Made by a program: the position numbers and the translations under genes
DNA from: an uncultured Clostridium sp.
Lineage (GTDB): Bacteria > Bacillota > Clostridia > TANB77 > CAG-508
Length of the DNA stretch: 64,000 nucleotides
Assembly (NCBI GenBank): GCA_964608075.1
Contig: CAZSMG010000001.1
Location: forward strand, 8,814-72,813
Reading direction: 5' to 3'
In this document: positions 10,007 through 18,388 of the stretch, one piece after another
Layout of the letters: each line of letters opens with the position of its first letter
Numbering within the stretch: the first letter of the stretch is position 1
The notes under the pieces: generated by a model
Told to the model about the DNA's origin: nothing
The model's database searches: none
What the model saw: the letters and a program-made list of their open reading frames with translations, nothing else

Positions 10007-10487
10007 TGAAGAACATAAAAAATTCATAAAAGAGAATGCCATAGGAATTAGAAATGAAGAATTAACTAAAAGATTAAATGAAACATTTAATACTAATTTT
10101 ACAATAGGTCAAGTTAAAAAATATAAACATTCACACAAAATTAGTAGTGGTTTAAAAAGTTGTAATTTACCTATAGGAAGTGAAAGAGAAAATAAAGGAT
10201 ATATATTTATAAAAATAGCAGAGCCAAATGTATGGATAGAAAAGCATAGATATATATATGAAAACATACATGGAAAGATACCAAATGGTTATAAAGTAAT
10301 TTTTGCAGATAAAAATAAGAGAAATTTTAGTGAAGAAAATTTAATTTTAGTTTCTAATTCTGAAGCATTAATAATGAACACACATAAATTAATATATGAA
10401 GAGTCAGAATTAACAAAGACAGGAAGTATTATTGCAAAAATAATTGATAAGACAAATAAAATAAATTTAAAGAAAGGTAATAAATAA
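9975..10487 (+). CDS. HNH_3-like homing endonuclease homologue (catalytic His apparently replaced)
   Basis: GKIPNGYKVIFADKNKRNFSEENLILVS matches the HNH_3 pattern but has F where H is expected. The start could be the internal ATG at 9990. Confidence 0.55.
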   Translation: MKVVKMKKIFDEEHKKFIKENAIGIRNEELTKRLNETFNTNFTIGQVKKYKHSHKISSGLKSCNLPIGSERENKGYIFIKIAEPNVWIEKHRYIYENIHGKIPNGYKVIFADKNKRNFSEENLILVSNSEALIMNTHKLIYEESELTKTGSIIAKIIDKTNKINLKKGNK

Positions 10488-10488
10488 A

Positions 10489-10671
10489 ATGAAATTTTAT
10501 GACAAAGAGATATATGTTAGGGATCAAAAAATAAAAAGTGCATTAACTGTAATAATAATTTTTGTATTAGGATTTGCAGCGGGATGTTACACAATGTATA
10601 TAGACATGCAAAGTACCATTGTAGAATTAGAAAGTAAGCTAGAAACAATAAAAATAACTAAGGAGGAATAA
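10489..10671 (+). CDS. small membrane protein
   Basis: TM helix ALTVIIIFVLGFAAGCYTMYI. Confidence 0.5.
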   Translation: MKFYDKEIYVRDQKIKSALTVIIIFVLGFAAGCYTMYIDMQSTIVELESKLETIKITKEE

Positions 10672-10675
10672 TTCT

Positions 10676-11305
10676 ATGCAAGAAAATACAGATTGGCTAA
10701 TAAACCGAGAAAATAGCATAGGAAATAGCAAAGAAATATATGTAAGAGGAAAGAAGGTAAGTAAAGTTATGGAAGAAGATATAAAGATATTAGAAGAAAT
10801 GGTAGAAAAGTCAAAAATTTTACGAGAAGAAGATTTTTATAAACTAATAGGAATAAAACAAATACAAACAATAGCAACTTTTATAAAAGCATACAAAGAA
10901 AAAGATAAAGACAATAATGATTTAAGAAGATTATATAGAAGAACAGCTGAAAAACTAAAAGAAAATGGAAAAGAAGAATTAGCAGATTATTTTTTAGCAC
11001 AAATAAATGAAGTACCAACATTTACTGTAGATGACGATATAGATTACTATGAAGAATATTATAAATTGTTATCAAGAAATAAAGAACTAAAAGAAGAAAA
11101 TGGAAAGTTAAAAGAACATTGTAAAACTTTGACAAAAGAAAAACAAGAATTAACAACATTAGCATTAGATAGTATACCAAAATCATTAGTAAAAGAAAAA
11201 ATAGAAGAAATACAAATTAAAATAAATGAAGGATTAACAGATTATTCTGTAATAGATTTTGAATTTCAAATAAAAATGTTACAAGAATTATTGAAAGGAG
11301 AATAG
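10676..11305 (+). CDS. hypothetical coiled-coil protein
   Basis: ORF of 209 aa. Confidence 0.55.
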   Translation: MQENTDWLINRENSIGNSKEIYVRGKKVSKVMEEDIKILEEMVEKSKILREEDFYKLIGIKQIQTIATFIKAYKEKDKDNNDLRRLYRRTAEKLKENGKEELADYFLAQINEVPTFTVDDDIDYYEEYYKLLSRNKELKEENGKLKEHCKTLTKEKQELTTLALDSIPKSLVKEKIEEIQIKINEGLTDYSVIDFEFQIKMLQELLKGE

Positions 11306-11308
11306 AAG

Positions 11309-11677
11309 ATGGAAATTGAAGTAGGAGAATATATAAAAACTAATGAAGGAATAATAGGAAAAATAAAAAGAATTGAATTTGACAATATAGATAAAAGTCT
11401 TAAATGGTATGTATTTGATAAAAAACGACCAGATATGAATATAATTGATGAAGTATATATAAATAAACCTTATATAGTAAAACACAGCAAAAACATAATA
11501 GACCTTATAGAAGTAGGAGATTTTTCAACAATATCAGCAGATGGAGAAGAATTAACAATAGAAGTTGATAAAATAGATTATGAACATAAATTAAAAAATA
11601 TAGCAGATGATATAAAGATTAAATCAATAGTAACAAAAGAACAATTTGAAAATATTAAATATGATGTGGAGGAGTAA
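11309..11677 (+). CDS. hypothetical protein
   Basis: ORF of 122 aa. Confidence 0.55.
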   Translation: MEIEVGEYIKTNEGIIGKIKRIEFDNIDKSLKWYVFDKKRPDMNIIDEVYINKPYIVKHSKNIIDLIEVGDFSTISADGEELTIEVDKIDYEHKLKNIADDIKIKSIVTKEQFENIKYDVEE

Positions 11678-11681
11678 ATAA

Positions 11682-11843
11682 ATGAATAATGAACAAATAA
11701 ATCATTCTGAAATTTGTCCAATATGTAATGGTTCAGGACAATATAAAGAATATAGTAATTATACAAGTTATACTTATATTCAAAGAACTTGTCATGGATG
11801 CAATGGGAAAGGTTGGATTACAGTAGGAGGTAAGCAATGTTAA
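11682..11843 (+). CDS. small zinc-finger protein (DnaJ-type CxxCxGxG x2), 53 aa
   Basis: CPICNGSG and CHGCNGKG motifs. Below the ORF-track cut-off. Confidence 0.5.
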   Translation: MNNEQINHSEICPICNGSGQYKEYSNYTSYTYIQRTCHGCNGKGWITVGGKQC

Positions 11844-12139
11844 GTAAAGAAGAAATACCAGAATATTTGAATGACTTAGAAAAAGCTTTAAAAGATAATG
11901 ATAGTTTTTATTGGCAAGAAGATATGTATGAATTAATACAAATAATAAGAAAAGAAGAACCAGACAAGAAAAAGTTAATAGAAAAGTTAGAAAAAGTAGA
12001 ACAAGAAAATAAGCAATTAAAAGAGCAGAATAATAACAATGTAGTACTACGACAAATGATTAAAGAAGAACTAGATAAAGCAATAAAAGAAATTGATAAA
12101 GAGTTGAAAGGAGAAAATGATGAGAGAAATAAAATTTAG
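11837..12139 (+). CDS. hypothetical coiled-coil protein
   Basis: ORF of 100 aa. Confidence 0.5.
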   Translation: MLSKEEIPEYLNDLEKALKDNDSFYWQEDMYELIQIIRKEEPDKKKLIEKLEKVEQENKQLKEQNNNNVVLRQMIKEELDKAIKEIDKELKGENDERNKI

Positions 12140-12527
12140 AGGAATTAAAAGAAATCCATATGGAGATAAATGGGTATATGGTTATTATGCATTAAAAGAC
12201 GGAGAACACATTATTATAATGCCACATTCTACTAGTTATGAAAAAGGTTTAAAAGAAAATAAACCACTTCCAACAATAAGTGTAGAACATAATGTAGATT
12301 ATAATACAATAGGACAATACACAGAACTAAAAGATAAAAACGGAAAAGAAATATATGAGGGAGATGTAGTTGAAGGAAGAGTAGGAAATGAAGAAGGCTT
12401 TGATGTTAAAGGAATAGTTGTGTATTGTGGATGTGGTTATTATTTTATAAAAGATAAAGATGATGAAGTAATGATACATATAATTAATAATTTAGAAGTA
12501 ATAGGAAATATATATGATAATCCATAA
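12117..12527 (+). CDS. YopX-family phage protein
   Basis: REIKFRG ... TIGQYTELKDKNGKEIYEGDVV signature. Confidence 0.7.
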   Translation: MMREIKFRGIKRNPYGDKWVYGYYALKDGEHIIIMPHSTSYEKGLKENKPLPTISVEHNVDYNTIGQYTELKDKNGKEIYEGDVVEGRVGNEEGFDVKGIVVYCGCGYYFIKDKDDEVMIHIINNLEVIGNIYDNP

Positions 12528-12546
12528 TTATTGAAGGAGGGCTAAT

Positions 12547-12801
12547 ATGAGTAAAGCAGATGAGATGTTTAAAGAACTAGGATATAAAAAAGAAGAAGAT
12601 AATTTTGGTATTATAGAATACCATAAACAAACCGAAGAACCTTATTTTGGAAATAAAAATTATAAATGTTTTTATGCGAACTATACTATTGTATTTAGCT
12701 CAAAAAATTTTTATAAATATAGTAATTGTAATAATAAATCTTTTACAATGCAAGAATTACAAGCAATAAATGAAAAAGTAAAGGAGTTAGGTTGGAAATG
12801 A
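12547..12801 (+). CDS. hypothetical protein
   Basis: ORF with RBS GGAGGG. Confidence 0.5.
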   Translation: MSKADEMFKELGYKKEEDNFGIIEYHKQTEEPYFGNKNYKCFYANYTIVFSSKNFYKYSNCNNKSFTMQELQAINEKVKELGWK

Positions 12802-13094
12802 AGTTTATAATATTAGAATCTTATTATATGTCAAAAGATAGAATAGTTTTAAAAGAACCAAAAAGATGTAGTAGTAAGACAGCGACTTTAGGATATTTAC
12901 TAAAAATGGGAACATTTAATGAAAATGATGATATTTTAGTATTAAGGGAAGATACAGATAGTATTCAAATAAGACCAAAAGCAATATATAAAAACAATAA
13001 AGGTTATTATATAAAAGATAACAACAAAAGAGTTTATATAGAAAATATTGAGGAAATAGAGCAGGCAATAAAAGAATTTAAGGAAATAATATAA
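12798..13094 (+). CDS. hypothetical protein
   Basis: ATG at 12798 after AAGGAG. Confidence 0.5.
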   Translation: MKFIILESYYMSKDRIVLKEPKRCSSKTATLGYLLKMGTFNENDDILVLREDTDSIQIRPKAIYKNNKGYYIKDNNKRVYIENIEEIEQAIKEFKEII

Positions 13095-13107
13095 AGAGGT
13101 GTTTTAG

Positions 13108-13365
13108 ATGAATAAAGAATTAGAAGGTGCTAAGGAAAGAATAAATAAATTTTTGACAAAAGAAACAATGTATTATCATCATATTGATATTAAGGATATA
13201 GAAGCAATAGAAACAGTATTAAACTACATAGACAATTCTATACCTAAAGAAGAACTAAAACATGATTTAAAAATATTGCAAGAAACAAAAGTAAACGACA
13301 ATAAAAGATTTTGGATGAAAAGTGGAATAGAAGAATATTTAAAGAAACTACTAGAGGGAAAATAA
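13108..13365 (+). CDS. hypothetical protein
   Basis: ORF of 85 aa. Confidence 0.5.
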   Translation: MNKELEGAKERINKFLTKETMYYHHIDIKDIEAIETVLNYIDNSIPKEELKHDLKILQETKVNDNKRFWMKSGIEEYLKKLLEGK

Positions 13366-13397
13366 TATATAAATATTTGAAAGAGAGATGACTACAA

Positions 13398-13589
13398 ATG
13401 ACAATACCTAAAATAATAAGTAAAAACAACCACGAATATATACTAGAAAAAGAATATCCTAATTTTATAATGTATAAAGATATGATAACAGGATTCAAAG
13501 AGTGTTTTAATAGACAAGAATTAGGATTAGTTAAAGAAATAGTAAAACCACCAAGAAGTGACTTAAATGTTGAAAAAGTTAAGATATAA
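13398..13589 (+). CDS. hypothetical protein
   Basis: ORF of 63 aa. Confidence 0.45.
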   Translation: MTIPKIISKNNHEYILEKEYPNFIMYKDMITGFKECFNRQELGLVKEIVKPPRSDLNVEKVKI

Positions 13590-13603
13590 AGGAGGTACTA
13601 AAG

Positions 13604-14152
13604 ATGCAATACATAAAAGAAGACATAGAAAATATGTTAAAAGAACATTTAAAAAACCAATCGAAATTAACTGAAATACTGCTAAAAAAAGAAGAATACG
13701 AAAAAAGATTAGAATATGCAGGAACAGTATATGAAGATACAGAAAAAGAAATAATAGAAAGTATGCAGTTATCAGGACAAGCATATGATAGTGTACATAG
13801 CAATACAAATAAGATCTCAGATAAAACATCTAATACAGCTATTAATTATCATAAAGAAGAAATACATATAAATAAAGAAGATAGACAATTTTTAGAAAGA
13901 AAACTATTAGAATTAAATGATTTAAAAGATGATCTAGATAAAAAAATAGTAAGAGTAGATAATATGATTAATCAACTATCTAGTGAAGAAAAATTTGTAA
14001 TAAAAACATACTATATGGAAAAAGCAAAATGGGACTATGTATCTCAACAATATTGTGTAGAATTTCAAAAACCAAAATCTATAAATCAATTATTAAATAT
14101 TAGAGATACGGCCATAAATAGTATGTTAGAAATAGTTAATATAGGAAACTGA
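13604..14152 (+). CDS. ArpU/RinA-like late-gene transcription activator (sigma region-4-like HTH)
   Basis: C-terminal EEKFVIKTYYMEKAKWDYVSQQY ... INQLLNIRDTAINSML, and its position just before the packaging genes. Confidence 0.55.
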   Translation: MQYIKEDIENMLKEHLKNQSKLTEILLKKEEYEKRLEYAGTVYEDTEKEIIESMQLSGQAYDSVHSNTNKISDKTSNTAINYHKEEIHINKEDRQFLERKLLELNDLKDDLDKKIVRVDNMINQLSSEEKFVIKTYYMEKAKWDYVSQQYCVEFQKPKSINQLLNIRDTAINSMLEIVNIGN

Positions 14153-14311
14153 AAAATTGTGATAAAATTGTGATTAAATTTGGATGAAATTATAAACTTA
14201 AAGACTTATAATTATAATAGAAACATTATAAATAGTCGCAGGTACACAATAGTACTTCAAAAGTCCGTGCGACAAATATATAAAAAGGCGAAAAAACTTT
14301 ATTTAATTTTA

Positions 14312-14346
14312 AAACTAGTTACATTTACCCCCGTAGCTAGTTTTTA
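14312..14346 (+). terminator. rho-independent terminator
   Basis: AAACTAGTTAC / GTAGCTAGTTT stem followed by a T-run. Confidence 0.6.
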
Positions 14347-14406
14347 TTTACTATAAAATAATAAAAAAGTGTTTACAAATTTAATTTGATTTAGTATAAT
14401 GTATCA

Positions 14407-14568
14407 GAAGAAATGAGAAATAGGGGTAATTTTAATTAAAAAATAAGGGGCATTTATTTAAGAAAAGAAATGTAATTCAACTCATTTCTAACGAAAAATT
14501 TAATAATGTTTTTTCATTAGTGTGAAAATGACAAAAAATACTAGAGTCGGCAAACTCTAGTATTTTAC
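14407..14568 (+). ncRNA. predicted small RNA (candidate antitoxin RNA)
   Basis: Promoter TTTACA-17-TATAAT (14372-14400). Closing stem AAGAAATGAG / CTCATTTCT. Terminator at 14538-14568. No credible ORF. Carries a 33-nt copy of the antisense of the 14577..14654 start region. Confidence 0.45.
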
Positions 14569-14576
14569 TTTATGTA

Positions 14577-14654
14577 CTATTCAAACATCTTCAAAATATC
14601 TTTTAAAGATTTTAAAACATAAAGTTTAACGAAAAATTTAAAGATTTTCTTCAT
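14577..14654 (-). CDS. 25-aa Lys-rich amphipathic peptide (candidate type I toxin)
   Basis: Strong RBS GGAGGA 7 nt upstream of the ATG. Peptide MKKIFKFFVKLYVLKSLKDILKMFE. Convergent with the predicted sRNA and sharing its bidirectional terminator. Confidence 0.4.
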   Translation of the reverse strand: MKKIFKFFVKLYVLKSLKDILKMFE

Positions 14655-14936
14655 TAGTATATCCTCCTTTCTTTAAAGGTAGGAGAAAAATAAAATGACA
14701 ACAATATTATATATGATTTTTATAATATTTCTATTGCCATTGCAACAAAACGAAAAAATTTTTATTTTTTTAAGAGCTTATCAGAAGATAGGCTCTTTTA
14801 TTATGCAAAACTTTGCAATGTTTATTACAATAAAGTTTTTTAGAAACTGTAATAAAGCACTTGCAGGCTCTAGAAATAGAGCCATATAAACGATATTAAT
14901 AAATAAAATATAAATTCAAGAAAGGATGGAAGTAAT

Positions 14937-15230
14937 ATGAAAATAATGATAAGTCAACCTATGAAAGGAAAAACAAATGAACAAATTAGAGAAGAAAGGA
15001 AAGCTTTAGTACAAGCATTAGAACAAGAAGGACACGAAATAGTAGACACAGTATTTGAAAATGCACCAGCAGATGAAGATGTAGCTATATATATGTTATC
15101 GCAATCTATAAGATATATCGGCAAAGTAGACGCTTTATATTTTATGAAAGGTTGGGAAAAAGCAAGAGGATGCAAAATAGAACATGATGTAGCAGTAGAA
15201 TACGGAAAACAAGTATTTTATGAAAATTAG
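14937..15230 (+). CDS. DUF4406 (nucleoside 2-deoxyribosyltransferase-like) protein
   Basis: ISQPMKGKT ... GHEIV ... VDALYFMKGWEKARGCKIEHDVA pattern. Confidence 0.65.
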   Translation: MKIMISQPMKGKTNEQIREERKALVQALEQEGHEIVDTVFENAPADEDVAIYMLSQSIRYIGKVDALYFMKGWEKARGCKIEHDVAVEYGKQVFYEN

Positions 15231-15513
15231 TTATGCCATTAACAAATACTAGGCATTGTTAATATAAATAATTTCCTTAAATCACCTCCAAATTATTTTA
15301 ATAAAACTTATGCAAATAGAACTTTCCTAGTGAGTTCTAATATTAATTTATAGGTAGTATGTAGTGATATATTAATGGTTCGATTCCTGAAATTTTAAAT
15401 TGTTTTGGTAAACAATGCCCTTATGTTAGTAAAGAGCGGTCAAGGAGACTGGATACGAAAGTGCAAATCTTTCATATATCATTACATAGTGTTTATAAGA
15501 AAGAGGTAAATAT

Positions 15514-15735
15514 ATGTCAACAACAGAAGAAATAATAAAATACTATACAGAAAAACAATGTAAATATTGTAAAGGAAAATGTAATAAAGGAATAGTAGTA
15601 ATACAAGACGAAAACTCAATATGTGCAAAATGTGTGGATTATGAAAAAGATAAAGATAAAATAGAGGGATATAAAAGACCAATATATAAAACAGCAAGAC
15701 TACAAAAAAACAATTATGGGGTTAGCTGGCAGTGA
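15514..15735 (+). CDS. small Cys-rich (zinc-ribbon-like) protein
   Basis: CKYCKGKC ... CAKC motifs. Confidence 0.5.
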   Translation: MSTTEEIIKYYTEKQCKYCKGKCNKGIVVIQDENSICAKCVDYEKDKDKIEGYKRPIYKTARLQKNNYGVSWQ

Positions 15736-15840
15736 TTGGAGTTAAAATATGAAAGAAACAATAGTATTAGATCATAGGAGTGATACAATCAACATGAATA
15801 ACGAGCCTGAATAAAAATAAATAGCATAAAACAATATTAA

Positions 15841-16005
15841 TTATTTTAAAACTTCAATAGGTTTAGATGTTTTAGTTTGAATATTTTCATATATAGAATT
15901 GTAAATTTCATAAGGATGAGTTTTTACAGCTTCAAAACTATTAAAACTGGTTTTTTCAATAACTTTCAAAGTTAGTTGTAAAGCAATTTCTTCTCTAGAA
16001 GTCAT
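15841..16005 (-). CDS. hypothetical 54-aa protein on the opposite strand (moron-like)
   Basis: RBS AGAAGGTG then ATG. Peptide MTSREEIALQLTLKVIEK.... Below the ORF-track cut-off. Confidence 0.45.
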   Translation of the reverse strand: MTSREEIALQLTLKVIEKTSFNSFEAVKTHPYEIYNSIYENIQTKTSKPIEVLK

Positions 16006-16145
16006 AAAATCACCTTCTTTCTATGTAAAACAATATTCAGGCTCTGTAAGATTATAACAAAAAAGAAATAAAGAAAATGTCGAAAGAAGTCGAAAAATAA
16101 AATTTATTAGTGAAACAAAACACTTAAAAATAGGAGGAAAACAAT

Positions 16146-16526
16146 ATGAGTAAAAAAAACATAGGTGGAAGACCACCAAAATATAAAACAGCAGAAGAAA
16201 TGAAACTAAAAATAGACAAATACTTTTTAGATTGCGATAAAAATAACGAACCATATACTATAACAGGACTTGCAATGTCATTAGATATGAGCAGACAAGA
16301 CTTAATAAATTACAGCAACAAAGAAGAGTTTTTTGACACTATAAAAAAGGCAAAGATGAGAGTAGAAAATTATTTAGAGAAAAGATTAATAAAAGATACT
16401 TCATGTACAGGTGTGATATTTAATCTTAAAAATAATTATGGGTGGAAAGATAAACAAGAAAATATAAATATAGGTGTTAGTTATGAAGATTATATAAAAA
16501 AGGTAGAAGATGAAGAAGAATATTAA
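16146..16526 (+). CDS. terS: terminase small subunit
   Basis: GGRPPKY ... YTITGLAMSLDMSRQDL HTH pattern, directly upstream of the large subunit and overlapping it. Confidence 0.8.
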   Translation: MSKKNIGGRPPKYKTAEEMKLKIDKYFLDCDKNNEPYTITGLAMSLDMSRQDLINYSNKEEFFDTIKKAKMRVENYLEKRLIKDTSCTGVIFNLKNNYGWKDKQENINIGVSYEDYIKKVEDEEEY

Positions 16527-18156
16527 TACAAAAAAATATATAGAAGAATATGTAAAGATTAGGAACAAGGAAAGTAAGATAATTCCATTAAAATTAAATG
16601 AGCCACAAGCAAAGTATTATAATACGATAAAAGAATTAAAAAAACAAAATAAGCCAGTTAGAATTATAATACTAAAAGCAAGACAAATGGGATTTAGCAC
16701 AGAAACAGAGGCAATATTTTTTAAAGAAACAGTAACTAAGCCTAATATAAATACAGCAATAGTAGCACATAAAGAAGATAGCACAACAAACTTATTTAAT
16801 ATGACTAAATTAATGTATAATGAGCTACCTAATGAAATAAAGCCAGAGAAAAAAGCAAGTAATGCAAAAGAATTAGTATTTAACAATCAAGACGGAACAG
16901 GTTTAAACAGTAAAATAAAATGTATGACAGCAGGAGGAGAGGGTGTAGGTAGATCAGACACAATTAATAATTTACATATATCTGAATTAGCATTTTGGCA
17001 AGGAAATAAAAAAGAAACATTATTAGGATTATTACAAGCAGTACCTAATAATTCTAATACAATGATAATAATAGAATCTACAGCAAATGGATATGAATAT
17101 TTTAAAGAATTGTGGGACAATGCAGTAGCAGGTAAAAATGATTTTGTTCCATTGTTTATAGGTTGGAACGAGTTACAAGAATATAAAATGCCATACACAG
17201 GCTTTGAATTAACAAAAGATGAAATTCAGTTACAGAAATTATATAACTTAAGTTTAGATCAATTAACATGGAGAAGATGGTGCATAGCTAATAATTGTGG
17301 TGGAGATGAAGAGCAATTTAAACAAGAATATCCTATAAATCCAGAAGAAGCATTTATTAGTACAGGTAAATGCTATTTTGACAAGGTAAATATAACAAAG
17401 AGAATACAAGAGTTAAAAGATATAAGTCCTTTAAAACAGGGCTTTTTTTCTTATAATTATGATGGTTTAAAAATAACAAAAATAAAATGGAACGAAGACA
17501 AAGAAGGACCTATAAAGATATATGAAGAATCGAAAGTTAATTATCCATATGTATTAAGTGGAGATACTGCAGGAGATGGATCAGATTTTTTTACAGGGCA
17601 TGTGCTAGATAATACGAATGGAAAACAAGTTGCAGTATTAAAGCAAGAGACAGATGAAATTACATATACAAGACAAATGTATTGTCTAGGTATATATTAT
17701 AATACTGCATTAATAGGAATTGAATCTAATTATACTACATATCCAATACAAGAACTTGTAAGGTTAGGGTATCCTAAACAGTTTGTCAGAAAGAAAGAGG
17801 ACAAGTATACACAAAAGCATGAACAGTCTTTTGGTTTTAAAACAACACTTATAACAAGACCATTAATATTAGCAGAGTTACAAACAATAGTAAAAGAACT
17901 TGTTGAGTTAATAGTAGACATAGATACATTAAGAGAAATGTTAGTGTTTGTAAAAAATGAAAAGGGAAGACCAGAAGCACAATTAGGCTATCATGATGAT
18001 TTAGTTATGGCATTAGCTATAGCTTATTATATAAGAAAACAGCAAACTATGAAAGTTAAAGAAACTCCAAAAGTAAAAATAGATACTCTATATAGAGATT
18101 TTGGTATTAAAGAAAAAGAAGATACTGATTATGGAAGCGATATAACAATAATATAA
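16510..18156 (+). CDS. terL: terminase large subunit
   Basis: 548 aa with an ATPase N-terminal region and a DTAGDGSDFF ... HDD nuclease region, in the expected position. Confidence 0.85.
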   Translation: MKKNINTKKYIEEYVKIRNKESKIIPLKLNEPQAKYYNTIKELKKQNKPVRIIILKARQMGFSTETEAIFFKETVTKPNINTAIVAHKEDSTTNLFNMTKLMYNELPNEIKPEKKASNAKELVFNNQDGTGLNSKIKCMTAGGEGVGRSDTINNLHISELAFWQGNKKETLLGLLQAVPNNSNTMIIIESTANGYEYFKELWDNAVAGKNDFVPLFIGWNELQEYKMPYTGFELTKDEIQLQKLYNLSLDQLTWRRWCIANNCGGDEEQFKQEYPINPEEAFISTGKCYFDKVNITKRIQELKDISPLKQGFFSYNYDGLKITKIKWNEDKEGPIKIYEESKVNYPYVLSGDTAGDGSDFFTGHVLDNTNGKQVAVLKQETDEITYTRQMYCLGIYYNTALIGIESNYTTYPIQELVRLGYPKQFVRKKEDKYTQKHEQSFGFKTTLITRPLILAELQTIVKELVELIVDIDTLREMLVFVKNEKGRPEAQLGYHDDLVMALAIAYYIRKQQTMKVKETPKVKIDTLYRDFGIKEKEDTDYGSDITII

Positions 18157-18166
18157 GGAGGTACAT

Positions 18167-18388
18167 ATGTATTCAATTATTTCAGCTCTATGCTTAGGCA
18201 TAGGGTTTTATTTTGGTTTTGTTTTAGGACGAACAAATGAATTACCTAGATGGAAGAGTAAAGAAATTAAGAAACAAGAAAAAGAACAAAAAGATGAAGA
18301 AGATAAACATTTATCTAGATTAAACAAAGCATTAGGCAACTTAGATAGATATGATGGAAGTTCCAAAGGACAGGAGGATATTGTATAA
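18167..18388 (+). CDS. small membrane protein
   Basis: N-terminal TM helix IISALCLGIGFYFGFVLG. Confidence 0.5.
   Translation: MYSIISALCLGIGFYFGFVLGRTNELPRWKSKEIKKQEKEQKDEEDKHLSRLNKALGNLDRYDGSSKGQEDIV

Noticed and set aside
14695-14889. 64-aa ORF in the late non-coding block.
   Set aside because: It contains two hairpins, one terminator-like, and overlaps the promoter region of the minus-strand peptide gene. The composition looks non-coding. It has an AGGAG upstream, so this is not fully excluded.
15331-15410. tRNA-like T-arm sequence GGTTCGATTCC (15376-15386). It was tempting as a phage tRNA that might decode CGG.
   Set aside because: Only the two G-C pairs next to the loop can form. No 5-bp T stem, acceptor stem, D arm or 7-nt anticodon loop can be drawn. 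The nearby hairpin AGAACT/AGTTCT has a 9-nt loop. I treat it as non-tRNA sequence.
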